Source: Chrysomallon squamiferum (Eukaryota; Animalia; Mollusca). From it: a stretch of 64,000 nt of DNA. The stretch covers positions 186,001-250,000 of the forward strand of contig CM022672.1 of the NCBI GenBank assembly GCA_012295275.1. The letters run 5' to 3'. A program made the position numbers and the translations under genes. The notes under the pieces are model-generated. The model had not been told where the DNA came from and made no database searches. It worked only from the letters and a program-made list of their open reading frames with translations. Below, piece by piece: positions 42,225 through 55,700 of the stretch (its first letter is position 1; every line of letters begins with the position of its first letter).

Positions 42225-45200
42225 GTAAAAACATTTTACTTAAGTTTTGTTAAATATGGCATATTTCATCTGTTTATAGAATATCCAGTCCTTAAGGAGC
42301 CAAAAATTTCCACAAAGGAGATGAGTGAGTCTCCTTATTTTGTTGTGATGTGTCAGTTTGAGCGAGTGGAGGATGAAGATATTCGCTACACAGTTGAGTG
42401 GTTTGCAGGGGAGGAGAAAGTGACTGATCGAGGACCATTTGTAGATGAAACAAAGAGTTTTCTGAACACTGAAATGTTAAAAAACTTTACTGTTGGCCAG
42501 AAGGTGAATAAAACATATTAATCATAATATTTTTTTATTTTTTTTGAGAAACAAAAATAATTTCATTAAATGATATATAAATAAAAGGTATATGTAGATA
42601 TGTGTTCTGACAATAGTATAAATTAAAATACTATTTATTTAAACAGATTCAGTGTAGTGTGATTGGTTGCTACAGAACAAACTGTACAACAACAACATCA
42701 CCTCCAGTCAGGAGCAGATACCTCAGTGCCAAAATACAGGCAAGTTTATAGTCAGTAAAATGTAGTGCTCAGTTTATTCACAATATCTTCAAAACAGCTT
42801 GTAACATTATGTCATGTCTAATAGTAGTGACAGTTATTTCCTTAGCAGAAGAAAAATAAAATTCTTACAGAATTACTGTCAGAATTAATCTGTAACCTAA
42901 TTAGTAAAAACAAAGTGGACATATTTTATCTGATAAATAAATGTACTGTAAATATATTATATATATTTTAGTGATTTGTTGCAAATTTTATACATTTATA
43001 TATGTCACAGGTAAAAAACACAGCACTGAAGATAAAGGAAGGCAGTGGCATTGTTCATGTTGCTATCAAGCTGAATTTCCCACCTGGTTTCTTCTGTCAC
43101 AATCTGTCAGTCTGGGATGAGTGTTCCTTGAAACTGACTTTGGCTGTCACCGAAACTGAAACTCAGCTGAAATGTCAAGGTCAGCCTGTTGTGCAGGCTG
43201 TTATTGGATATATGCCAAAAGGAGATCATCCAAAATGTGGACTTGTGATTACAAAGACAAACTGGAAGTCAGAGTTGATGGTCAGTGTGAAAGCAAAAAC
43301 TGACTCTCCACTTGTTGATGGTGACAGAAATGTTGAAATGAGGTTAACAACATCTGTCATGATGTCAGGTGCTGGGGTGCTGGTCAGTACAGCTCAGATA
43401 ATTGATGTCAAGGTTTGTCATCGTCTTCACAAATCAGTAATATAAATGACTGAAATTGAAATTTAGCCTTGTGGCCAAGTTGACACTTTGTTACATGTAT
43501 CTAATGTTTGACAGTGTGAGCATCCTGACACTTTGTTACATGTATCTAATGTTTGACAGTGTAAGCATCCTGACAGTTTGTTACATGTATCTAATGTTTG
43601 ACAGTGTAAGCATCCTGACAGTTTGTTACGTGTATCTAATGTTTGACAGTGTAAGCATCCTGACAGTTTGTTACATGTATCTAATGTTTGACAGTGTAAG
43701 CATCCTGACAGTTTGTTACATGTATCTAATGTTTGACAGTGTGAGCATCCTGACAGTTTGTTACATGTATCTAATGTTTGACAGTGTGAGCATCCTGACA
43801 CTTTGTTACATGTATCTAATGTTTGACAGTGTAAGCATCCTGACAGTTTGTTACATGTATCTAATGTTTGACAGTGTGAGCATCCTGACAGTTTGTTACA
43901 TTTATCTAGATGTTTGACAGTGTAAACATGCTGACACTTTGTTACATTTATCTAGATATTTGAAAGTGTAAACATTCTGACAGTTTGTTACATTTATCTA
44001 GAGGTTTGACAACGTAAATATGCTGACACTTTGTTACCTTTATCTAGATGTTTGAAAGTGGAAACATTCTGACACTTTGTTACATTTATCTAGATGTTTG
44101 ACAGTGTAAACATGCTGACAGTTTGTTGCAAGTATCTAATGTTATTCATGGTGTTTTCAGATTGTTGTTGAAGATGCTGACAGGTCAGCAACATGCAAGT
44201 CTATGAACGATCCTCACATCACAACATTTGATGGAAAGTAAGTGTTTCTACAAGTTTATCACACATTGTTATTATATAATAAATCTGGGTTTTTTTTCTT
44301 CTTACACACCCATACTGTACATGCAAATGACAGATGATTTCTTATTCCTTTCAGAAAATACAACAATTTCTATGAAGGAGAATTTATCCTTTATAAGCAC
44401 ACCACTAAACCATACGAAGTAAGTAAATATATTAAATTATGATACAGAGAGCCAAATATAATTTATAAGTGAATTTTTTTAATCTATTTAAGATTTTACT
44501 TTGTTAGAAGAACAAATTTAATATACTTTCATATATAGTAATATTGAAATATATTTCTAGTATGATATTAAATTTATAGCTGCTCTTGACTATTTATTCC
44601 CAGATAGAATAAGAAATTTGTTTTGTGTACAGGTGAGATCATTCTACCGAAGTTGTCGTAAGAAAGCTGCCTGTAACTGTGCTGTGGCTGTCAGATCGGG
44701 TGATGATGTCATAGTAATTGACAGATGTGCAGAACAGGACAGTGAGCCAGACACACAGATGGTCATACGGACATACATAACTGGCGAGTTGACACCAGGA
44801 ACTCGTATTGTCAGATATGTTGGAGGAAGAGAATATAGGGTAAACAATTCAACCTCAGTCTGTCACAGTGTTCTAACAATTCAACCTCAGTTTGTCACAG
44901 TGTTCTAACAATTCAACCTCAGTTTGTCACAGTGTTCTTATACTTCAACCTCAGTTTGTCACAGTGTTCTTATACTTCAACCTCAATTTGTCACAAGTGT
45001 ATTTACCTTCTGGTACATTCATGGTTGTTGTGAAGTCTAATGTATATTTTAGGTGTATTTACCTACTGGTACATACATGGTTGTGAAGTACAATGTATAT
45101 TGCAGGTGTATTTACCTACTGGTACATACATGTTTGTGAAGTACAATGTATATTGCAGGTGTATTTACCTACTGGTACATACGTGGTTGTGAAGTACAAT

Positions 45201-48200
45201 GTATATTGCAGGTGTATTTACCTACTGGTACATACATGGTTGTGAAGTAGAATGTATATTGCAGGTGTATTTACCTACTGGTACATACATGTTTGTGAAA
45301 TATAATGTATATTGCAGGTGTATTTACCTACTGGTACATACGTGGTTGTGAAGAACGGGGTGAGGAGAACTAAAGAGTTTATAAATGTCTGGATTCATGC
45401 TTCTGCCAGTGACTGGGGCCACACACAAGGTAATGCTTTAATTATTTCATAATACTATTAGGTATGACACACACGTTAGACCTTTCAAACACATAACATA
45501 CACTTTCACAACTAATATATTTTTATTCTCAGAAAATATATCATTCAGAAGCAATGCTGACCTTTCACATATTATTTACTATGGCACAGCAAGATTATAA
45601 CTTTCATATAATTATATGTCCTTTGTATGAACAGTTGCAAAGCCAGCATAATACAACAATACTAGAAAAAGATGACACCTGGGGTAAAAAGACAAACATT
45701 TTCATTACTACGGTAACTAATACTGATTGTTGTTGTCAGGTTTGTGTGGGACATATGATGGCAATAAAAACAATGATCTGCTGATGAGTTCAGGAAAGAT
45801 TTCACGTGAAACTGGAAGACGACCTGACATGTTTTCTCTTAGCTGGAGGTAATCAGTTGTTACTTTACTTGTAATAAACCTAACTGAAAAATTGTTCCTA
45901 TCTGACCTATCTCTAAGAGATAGTAAAATATGTGATCAGTCACTTCTTTCTGTAAAACTGAAGTATAAAAACTGTATGCTTTGATGGTTTTTAAACATGC
46001 AATAAATAAATAAAAAATATCACGTCTTTAATAATAGTTCTTTTCATCATCATTTAAATAGCATTTAAAATAGCATAAATATTAATACTAAAATATGTTA
46101 CCTTTAAAGATTAATGCTAAAATATGTTACTAATTAATATTAAAATGTGTTATTATTAAAGACGAATACTAAAATGTGGTTATAGTTAAACATTAATACT
46201 AAAATATGTAACTATTGAATAACAGGACAAATGACAGTTTGTATGATGGATTCTGTGGTGTGGATGAGAAAGCTGGTGAGATGGAAATTCAGTTCTGTGA
46301 CTGTGAACAAGGAAAAGAACCAGTTTGTGGAAATGACCTTGACATTTTCACTTGTGGTATTGAAAAAACCAGTAGTCGCAAGATGAACACTGGTAATGAA
46401 TTTAAAGATAATTTTATTAGTTATATTTTTATTAGTTATATTTAAAACAATACAGACATACTTTATTAGTTTTATTCAGAACATAACAAATTTTTATTAG
46501 TTATATTAAAACATGACAGACATACTTTATTAGTTATATTTAAAACATAATAGATATATTTTATTAGTTACATTTAAAACATGATAGACATACGTTATTA
46601 AATCATAGTATCTGTGTTTTATTAGTTACTTTATTGCATTATATATGTTGTTCCGGTTCTGATATTTGAACTGAGGACCCTGTGTTTCTGATTTCGTGTT
46701 GTTTAACAGGCTTGGATCAGACAGAGTTTTACATTGCACACTCACAGTCTGCCAGGAAGTGTCTGGTACGGGGAGACAGAGATGCTGTATTCAAGTATGA
46801 CAGTCAGTATGTACAGAAGCCTGTGAGCTGGCCAACTGCTGGAAACATCAGTGAAACACAGGCTAGAGAGATCTGTCTGTCATCAATACACAGCACCAAC
46901 ATTTACTCTGCGTGCAATGCCACTCCTGGCATCAATCTGCATGTTGACGAAACTGTCCGGTTTTGTATGGACGACATCCAGGTAACAGTTGGAAAATAAT
47001 GTCTGACATTATAGTATGTTTGATAACAGGTATGATTCACACATATTTTTAACACATTACATATGTGAAACAAGAATGAATCTAGATTTCATTAATAACA
47101 AATTTGTTCAAGTTATATGATAATAATACAACAGATTAAATTTTGCAAGATTTATGATAATACAATAGTTAAATATTACAAGATTAATAATAATACTACA
47201 ACAGATAAATTTTACAAGATTTATGATAATAGACTAGATAAGTTTTACAAAATGTATCATAATAATAAAGTAGATACATTTTACAAAAATATGATAATTA
47301 AGCAATAGATAAATTTTACAAGAATTAACATCATAATAAATAGATAAATTTTACAAGATTTATGATAATAATAAAGTAGATACACTTTACAAGGTTTATA
47401 ATAATAATACAATAGATAAATTTTACAAGACAAGATAATAATAAAGTAGATATATTTTACAAGGTTTAAGATAATAATACAATAGATAAATTGTACAAGA
47501 CAAGATAATAATAAAGTAGATATATTTTACAAGATTTAAGATAATAATACAATAGATAAATTTTACAAGACATGATAATAATAAAGTATTTTACAAGATT
47601 TATAATTATAATACAATAGATAAATTTTACAAGACAAGATAATAATACAGTAGATAAATTTTACAAGACTTAAGATAATAATAAAGTATTTTACGATACG
47701 TAAGATAATAATAATACAATAGATAAATTTTACCAGACTTAAGATAGTAATAAAGTATTTTACAAGATTTAAGATAGTAATAAAGTATTTGACAAGATTT
47801 AAGATAGTAATAAAGTATTTTACAAGATTTAAGATAGTAATAAAGTATTTGACAAGATTTAAGATAATAATAAAGTATTTTACAAGACTTAAGATAATAA
47901 TAAAATATTTGCCAAAATTTAAGATGTTAATAAAGTAGATATATTTTATTTTTTTACATTGAAGTGTGATAATAATAAAGTAAACAGTTATAATGTTTGT
48001 TATTTAGTTAACGGATGACACTAAGTGGACGCTGGCTGCTGTGGACACTATCACAGTTCAGTGCTTAACTGAGGTCAGTACAAGAGTGGACCTGTGGGTC
48101 AGTATTGATGGTCAGTATCAGCCTCCACCAGCAGTGACCAGTGTCATTTGTATCAATGACTGCAGTGGCCATGGGAATTGTTCCAAAGGTAAATTTTAGT

Positions 48201-49666
48201 TTCATGCAAACATAAACACATAAAGCTCATATATATGTATATATATATATATATATCAGTAATTTCTATATGGTTTTACAGGAGAGTGTATTTGTGAAAA
48301 CAACTGGATTGGAGAAGATTGTTCTGTGAATGCCACCAAGCCACCAGTCATCTCAGTTTTCAAAGCTGGTGAGCTGTGTGATGTGGACAGAAATACAAAC
48401 TGTAAACAACTTGTTGTGATTGGAAGTGGTTTTGTAGAAAGTGTCACATCAGTTTGTCAAATCACAGAAATCTCAGTGAGTGGTTTTAACAGTAACAGAA
48501 GATAAACCTGTACAAACATATTTAAATATATTAACATGACACATATATAGACATACATGAAAGATTTATACACATTCATGGCACATATACACATACGTGA
48601 CAGATTTATACATATTCATGACACATATACACATACATAACAGATTTATACACATTCATCATACATGGTACATATGCACAAATGTGATAAATTTGAAATA
48701 TTTAGATAGCTCTGTAGATAAATTTTATTCTTACATTCTTTAAGTCACATTCATCAGTAAACACCTCTTAAAGTGATAATTCACGAGACTGCAGCTTTCA
48801 AAGCAATAATATAACTAACTACCAACTGATTGGCTATCCCTGGACAAGATTCTGAAGGAAGACTTAATATAAGATTCTTTTTTGTGGTTTCTTTATACCT
48901 TTTCATTTGAAAGTTAATAGCCAAGTTCCTATGTTGTTTGGATGTTGTTGATATTTTATTTTTGAAAAATTTATTCATATCTGGTTAAACCTTTTCAGAT
49001 TGGTGGTAGGTTTGATGGGAATGCAACCTATACAGTTAACACAACATTCATAAGCAGTAATGTTGTAGTTTGTCAGCTTCACTCTGACAGCAGTGTCAAT
49101 GTCACTGTTAGCAATGATGGTAAATACTGGAGTGAAAGCAGGAAATACATCATCTACAACTCTGCATGTGAAACATGTACAACTACACAGTGTACATCTA
49201 GAGTAAGTCTTGTACTTATCTGCACAGTACATTGTGTGAGTGCGTTACATGTGTCAGTCATTTGCAAGATTCACATAAGACAGATAAATGTTTAGTTTGA
49301 GAATAAATGTTGCATATTAACAGTAAACTTTGTATATTAATAGTATATATTATATTTTAACACTAAACATTGTAAACTGACAGTAAATGCTTTATACTGA
49401 CAATAAAGAGTGATTATTAATAATTAATAGTAAATGTTGTGTGTTTTCAGACAGACATCTGTGTTATTGATGGAGCATGCTTTGACTGTGGCTCAGTCTT
49501 TATTGATGATCCAACTAAATTTTGTAATATAAGCAAAAACAAGACAGAATGGACTCCAATATCAGGTGATCATTTCTTGTTGGTTTTAATAACAGAAATC
49601 TGTTTCACCAGATCATCTAATTAATTAATATAATAGATATATTTATCAAACAACAATTTACTTTGT

Positions 49667-49730
<64 letters not shown>

Positions 49731-52700
49731 TTTTGTTGTTGTTAGTATTAGTATAATTTGACAATACTACCAGATAATGACATAACTTTTACAGTGACAT
49801 TCATATTTCACATAATAGTCTGCATATTGATCTACACAACATCTAATTTGTGATGAAAGTATGGATGTATTTAACAACTCATCAAAGACATGGTATCCAG
49901 TATTTCTGGTTTTTGTTTGTTGACATGAATAAACTGACAGTGCAATGATGTATTACTTTAATTAGACATGTTATTTTACAGCCACACAAACACTTGCACA
50001 CCGCTTCAAATTCCTCTCTGTGCAAGAAGATACATTAAAAACTTCACCATCAGATCTTGACATCAAGGGATCTGTCACTCTTCAGCAAGGAAAAGGGGGA
50101 GACTATGCTATAAGTCTGAACACAGCAGATTCTGCTATTCACTTCCAAACAGAAAATATTTTATCAGTGCCAGAGGACTGTTCTGTAGGTTTTCTCTTTA
50201 AGTTCTACATCAAGTTCTTCTCTGTGTGTAACAACATGTACATCCTGACAACAGGTGGAGACTTGAACAACTCAACTGGGATTGCTGTTTACTACTTGCA
50301 TCAGTCCATCTATTTCACTGTTAGCACAAAGGACAAAATCTGGACAGTGACCTCACCTCTGCCAGTCCTAAAACGTTTCCATGACTTCCGAGTGAGCTGG
50401 AGTAAGACTCTGGGACTTGAGGTTGATGTCAATGGGGGATCCCTGGTTACAACAAAGAAGTTTTACACTCACAGGGATCAGGGATCCAACACCCACAAGC
50501 TTGTTATAGGAGGACCACTCACTGGTGCCGAAGTCTGCTCTCGGCAGTTTGTGTTTGGAGGTTTGGAAATCTTCAGAGCCCCGACTCTTGTACTGACTTC
50601 ACTTAATGTCATTACAGGTATGTATGTACTCACAATACTAAGTTTCATCACTTACATCTGCTCACAGAGTATTACAACATATATTATAGCTTTGATTAAA
50701 ATCATTTATATTTTTCTTTTTGACAGAACTTCCTGTTTTGACACAGACTCCAGTGCTGTCTGTTGTAATGGATACAACAAGAAATGAATCTGTGTTTAAG
50801 TGTGACTTTGTTGCTCTCACAGAGGGAAGTGTAATTTACAGGTTGCAGTGGTTTGTAAATGGAAGTTTCCAACGAGAACAAAGAGTGACAAGCAAACCAT
50901 CATCAGATTTCTTTAATGAATCTGAATACACAGCCTGGGAATATGGAACTAATGTAAGTATACTGTTTTCATCTTATACATGCTGGTAGTATGAAACTAA
51001 CATAAGTGTATTGTACACATCTTATACAGGATGGCAGTATAAAACTAATAAAAGTCTATTGAATACAGTCTGAAAGTATGAAATTAATGTAAGTGTATTG
51101 AATACAGCCTGGCAGTATGAAACTAAAATAAGGTATTGAATATAGTCTGGCAGTATGAAACTAATGTCAGCATACTGTATACATCTTATACAGTCTGGCA
51201 GTATGGAAACAACCACACCATCAGTACAGTGTTTTGTGATTTGACATGCATTTGTTTTTACAGGTACAGTGCAGGGTGACACCATGTTATTCATTTGACT
51301 GTAACAACACATATGGACCTGTCCAGAGAAGCAACATCATATCACTGGGAATACAGGTTTAGTAGCTTATTTCAGTTTTTAAACTGTGTACAACACTTTT
51401 TACCTACTCTTTTCTTTAAAATAATAAGTTCTGTGTGTGTGTGTGTGTGTTTGTATATATAAATGTATCAAGTTATTAAATAGAAAAATAAAGTTATTAA
51501 TTAGTATGCATGGATAATTATGTAAGAGAAAGAAGCTAATAAACAAATTCTTGTTAATATGTACAGGTAAAACAAACAAAGATTGTGGTCACTGAAGGTT
51601 TAAAAGATTCAAAAGTTGACATCATCAGCACCGTGCCACCACGTCTGCTCTGTCCAGCAGGGAAACGCTCCAATGCCTCCGTTGTAGTCAACACCATGTT
51701 TGGAAACCTCACCCAGGGTCAGAACAAATGTGCCAATGACAAGATTCTCATCCAGGCAGTTATTGGTAGTCTGTCAAATAACAAAGACAGGTATTATTGT
51801 CAAATAACAAACTGTAATATTGTGTAATAACAAACGCAGAGGTGTTTATTTATTTATTTATTTATTTTAATTTATTTTATTATTTTATTTATTTATTTAT
51901 TTATTTATTTACCTCCTGTAGATGTGGAGGTAGCATTGTGACAGCAAACTGGGAATCTGGACTGAGTGTTCCAATCAGAGCCACAGTGGACAGGGTGAGG
52001 GATGGACAAGCTGTTGGCCAGTTGCTGATCACTATCTCTGTGTTGTGTGAAGGAGAAGTTCAGTACACTCACCAAGTCTCACCAGTAGAGGTCAGCTATT
52101 GGTTAATTAAAATATCTCACAACTACTGGTTAATTACAGTATCTCACAACTACTGGTTAATTACAGTATCTCACAACTACTGGTTAATTAAAATATCTCA
52201 CAATTACTGGTTAATTAAAATATCTCACAACTAGTGATTAATTACAGTATCTCACAACTACTGGTTAATTACAGTATCTCACAACTACTGGTTAATTAAA
52301 ATATCTCACAATTACTGGTTAATTACAGTATCTCACAACTACTGGTTAATTACAATATCTCACAACTACTGGTTAATTAAAATATATCGCTAGCAACTGT
52401 TGACGTAAATATAATAATAAATACTGACAGATAAAAATTAGTGGTGATACTATACAATTTGTATAATAAGTACAAGTTTATATAATTGTTTAATTAGATA
52501 TTAATATAACTGTGTAATTACAGGTGTATATACTTATATAATTACAGGTGATAATTAAAGACAGAGATTCAGCCTCAACCTGCAGCTCTGTCAATGATCC
52601 ACACATCACAACATTTGATGGCAGGTAGGCGACTGTCATTTGTTTAATAATTTGATGTGCTACTATTAATTTAACTTTGTTTATGTTACTGTTTATATTT

Positions 52701-55700
52701 GTTATATTTCAGATTGTACAACAATTATTTTGAGGGTGAGTTTGTTCTGTACAAACACAGCACCTTGCCATATGAGGTAAGTTGTAAACTTGTCTTACTT
52801 ACAGATTAGTTTTTTTATTGTCCCTCTACTCTTATACAAATAGAGATGGTATGTACACTTGATGTATTAATAAAGGTTTAAACAGGTGTTAATACATATA
52901 TATAACTTTTAAGGTATTAAGTGTAATATGTATATAACTTTAAATATTACATGTAATAATACATGTACACAGCTTTCATAACAGTCTTAGGCAAGTAAAT
53001 AATTACAATATTAGACATATTAATAAAAGTATGTGTCGTGTTCTAATTATGTATATAACAGTATCTTATTGTGGTGATATATGTAATTTTTAATATTATA
53101 GGTGCATGCTTTCTACCGATCATGTAGACACAAAGCATCATGTAACTGTGCTGTTGCTGTCCGAGTGGATGATGATGTGATTCTTGTGGACCGATGTGGA
53201 GCTAAAAGTAGACCAAGCAGGAGAACACCAATGAGTGTCAAGATTTTCCGTAATGGAGTAATGACACCAGGAGTCCAGGTACTCAGATACAATGGAGGCA
53301 AGAAGTACCAGGTAAATCAGTTTATATAGTATCATGTGTGTCAGCTATACAAGTTCTTTATGAGTTTATTTAGTGTTACAGGTGTCAGATATATAAGTTT
53401 TCTATGAGTTTATGTAGTATCATGCATATTGGATGTATTATGAACTATCATGTTTATCATCTATACAAATTCTCAGAGAATTTATGTAGCATTGTGTCTA
53501 TTAGATATACAAGTTCTCTATAACAGTTCATTGAATTTGTTTGCTAATAATCACTTCATTATGTCATTTGTGTTTTAGATAATCTTGCCAACTGGGACTA
53601 CAGTGCAAGTTCAGAATGGAAAAGGAAGAACACCTGAGTTCATCAATGTCTGGATTACAGCATCTCCAGCAGATCTCTTTAATACACTTGGTAAGTGTTG
53701 ACATGTAAAGAATGGTAAGTGTTGGTATTTACATGGTAATTATTAATGTGGATATGATAAATATTGTTATATTCACTTGTTGATGTATTATTTATTTCCA
53801 CTATGTGTCTAATTAATCTACATATGAAGGTTTGTGTGTGATGTTTCAGGACTGTGTGGTATGTTTGACAATGAAAAGAGCAATGACCTCACCTATCCTG
53901 ATGGGTCAGTGTACAATGGAAGGTCCAGACAGCCTGATGAGTTCTCCAGCAAGTGGAGGTATGTTGAAATTTATACAAATATTATCACAGAGACTGTAGC
54001 AATCATTTAAGTTGAAATTATAAAGAAATAATAATAATAATGATAATGTCATTGTTCCAAAAACAATCACAGTGTCATATGTAATTTAGAGTAAAAGCTG
54101 AGAACACACTGTACAATGGATACTGTCCAGATGATGCTGATGCTGAGAGTTCAACAGAGTACTGTGACTGTCGTGAGAATCATGATGTCAGCTGCAGTGA
54201 CACCAAGTTCCTCCTCGACTGTTCTCCACCAGCAGACACTGGCAGAACAAAGAGGAAACGATGTGAGTAGTGAGCAGATGTTTTTAACACAGTGATATAA
54301 CTTACATCTCTTTACGTCTGTGTCTATGTTACATTTGATATATTTGTAACACAGTGATATATCTTACATCTCTTTATATCTCTTTTTGTCTGCATTACAT
54401 TTAATAAGTTTGTTTCTGTGTTACATTTATAAATGTATTATATCTGTACATCATAGTATTATAAATACTGTATACATATCCATTGTGTAAACTGTTATAT
54501 GTTTTATAATGTATTTCATGAACTCTCTTGTTAAAGATGAAGACATAACCAAAGACCTGACTGAAATGGCTGTGAGTCCAACTAAATGTGGCAGTGTTGA
54601 ACAGGGAGACATCTTTGAATATGATGTCAAGTACTTCTTTCCAGTAAGTGTACATACAGATAGAACATGTGGTAGTTACAGGACAGTTAACTCATCTTTT
54701 CTCAGCTTTCAGTTACTACTGAGATTTGTGATGGCAAAATGTATATTGTGACTTGGCAGTAAATAAATAAATACTACATATACTAAATCATAAATATTTG
54801 TTATTGGAAAATGGATATTTAACATGTTTAATAAAGATAATGGACAATACTAATGTTAATTTTTATTAAAAGTGGGTGCCAATGCTTATTCTGTTCAGAC
54901 AGCCCTGTTCCTAGTATTGCTCTATCAGATTATTCTCTCATACAAACATAACAAAGTTAATCTGATGTATTAATCAGTTGTTAAAGTATGTTTTTATTGT
55001 TACTGCTTAGTCATTTTATTAGGTATAACTTTTATCTGTTGTTTGCAGGAGGCAGCCTGGCCTACACCAAGTGGGATGGAGTATGCTGATGTGAAGGCTT
55101 ACTGTGAGAAAGTTGTAAAAGCATCTGCATCAGCCAGTGGTTGTTTGCGAACAGTTGCAACCAGTTACCAAACAGCCCTTGATTCATGTATCATGGACAT
55201 ACAGGTTAGAGTTTTCAGTACACATAATCATATATCATTTCATACATCAAGAGTTGTTTTAACGTCAGACACATTAACTCATAATTAAAACATGACAAAG
55301 AAGTTGTTTTATTTGTAATTATGTTTGAGTCTGTTTCTTCTTATAAAAGTGTTTATTATAGGTTAAATTGTACCACTAACAACACACAAGTGTTCATGTG
55401 TTAATTGCAGGTTAGTTTGTAAATACAATACCAGTAACAACACACGTGTTCATAGTGTGTTATTTGCAGGTTAGTTTGTAAATACAATACAAGTAACAAC
55501 ACACAAATGTTCATAGTGTGTTATTTGCAGATTAGTTTGTAAATACAATACCAGTAACAACACACAAGTGTTCATAGTGTGTTAGTTTGTAAATACAATA
55601 CCAGTAACAACACACAAGTGTTCATAGTGTATTATTTGCAGATAACTGATGACAAGACGTGGGCAGAGGAGATGCTAGCTAACATCAAGGAGCAGTGTCT

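Noticed and set aside
43456-43917. Periodic Cys-rich ORFs on both strands (CSHCQTLDTC..., zinc-finger-like)
   Set aside because: Produced by a 42-bp minisatellite within an intron whose flanking exons already join in frame.
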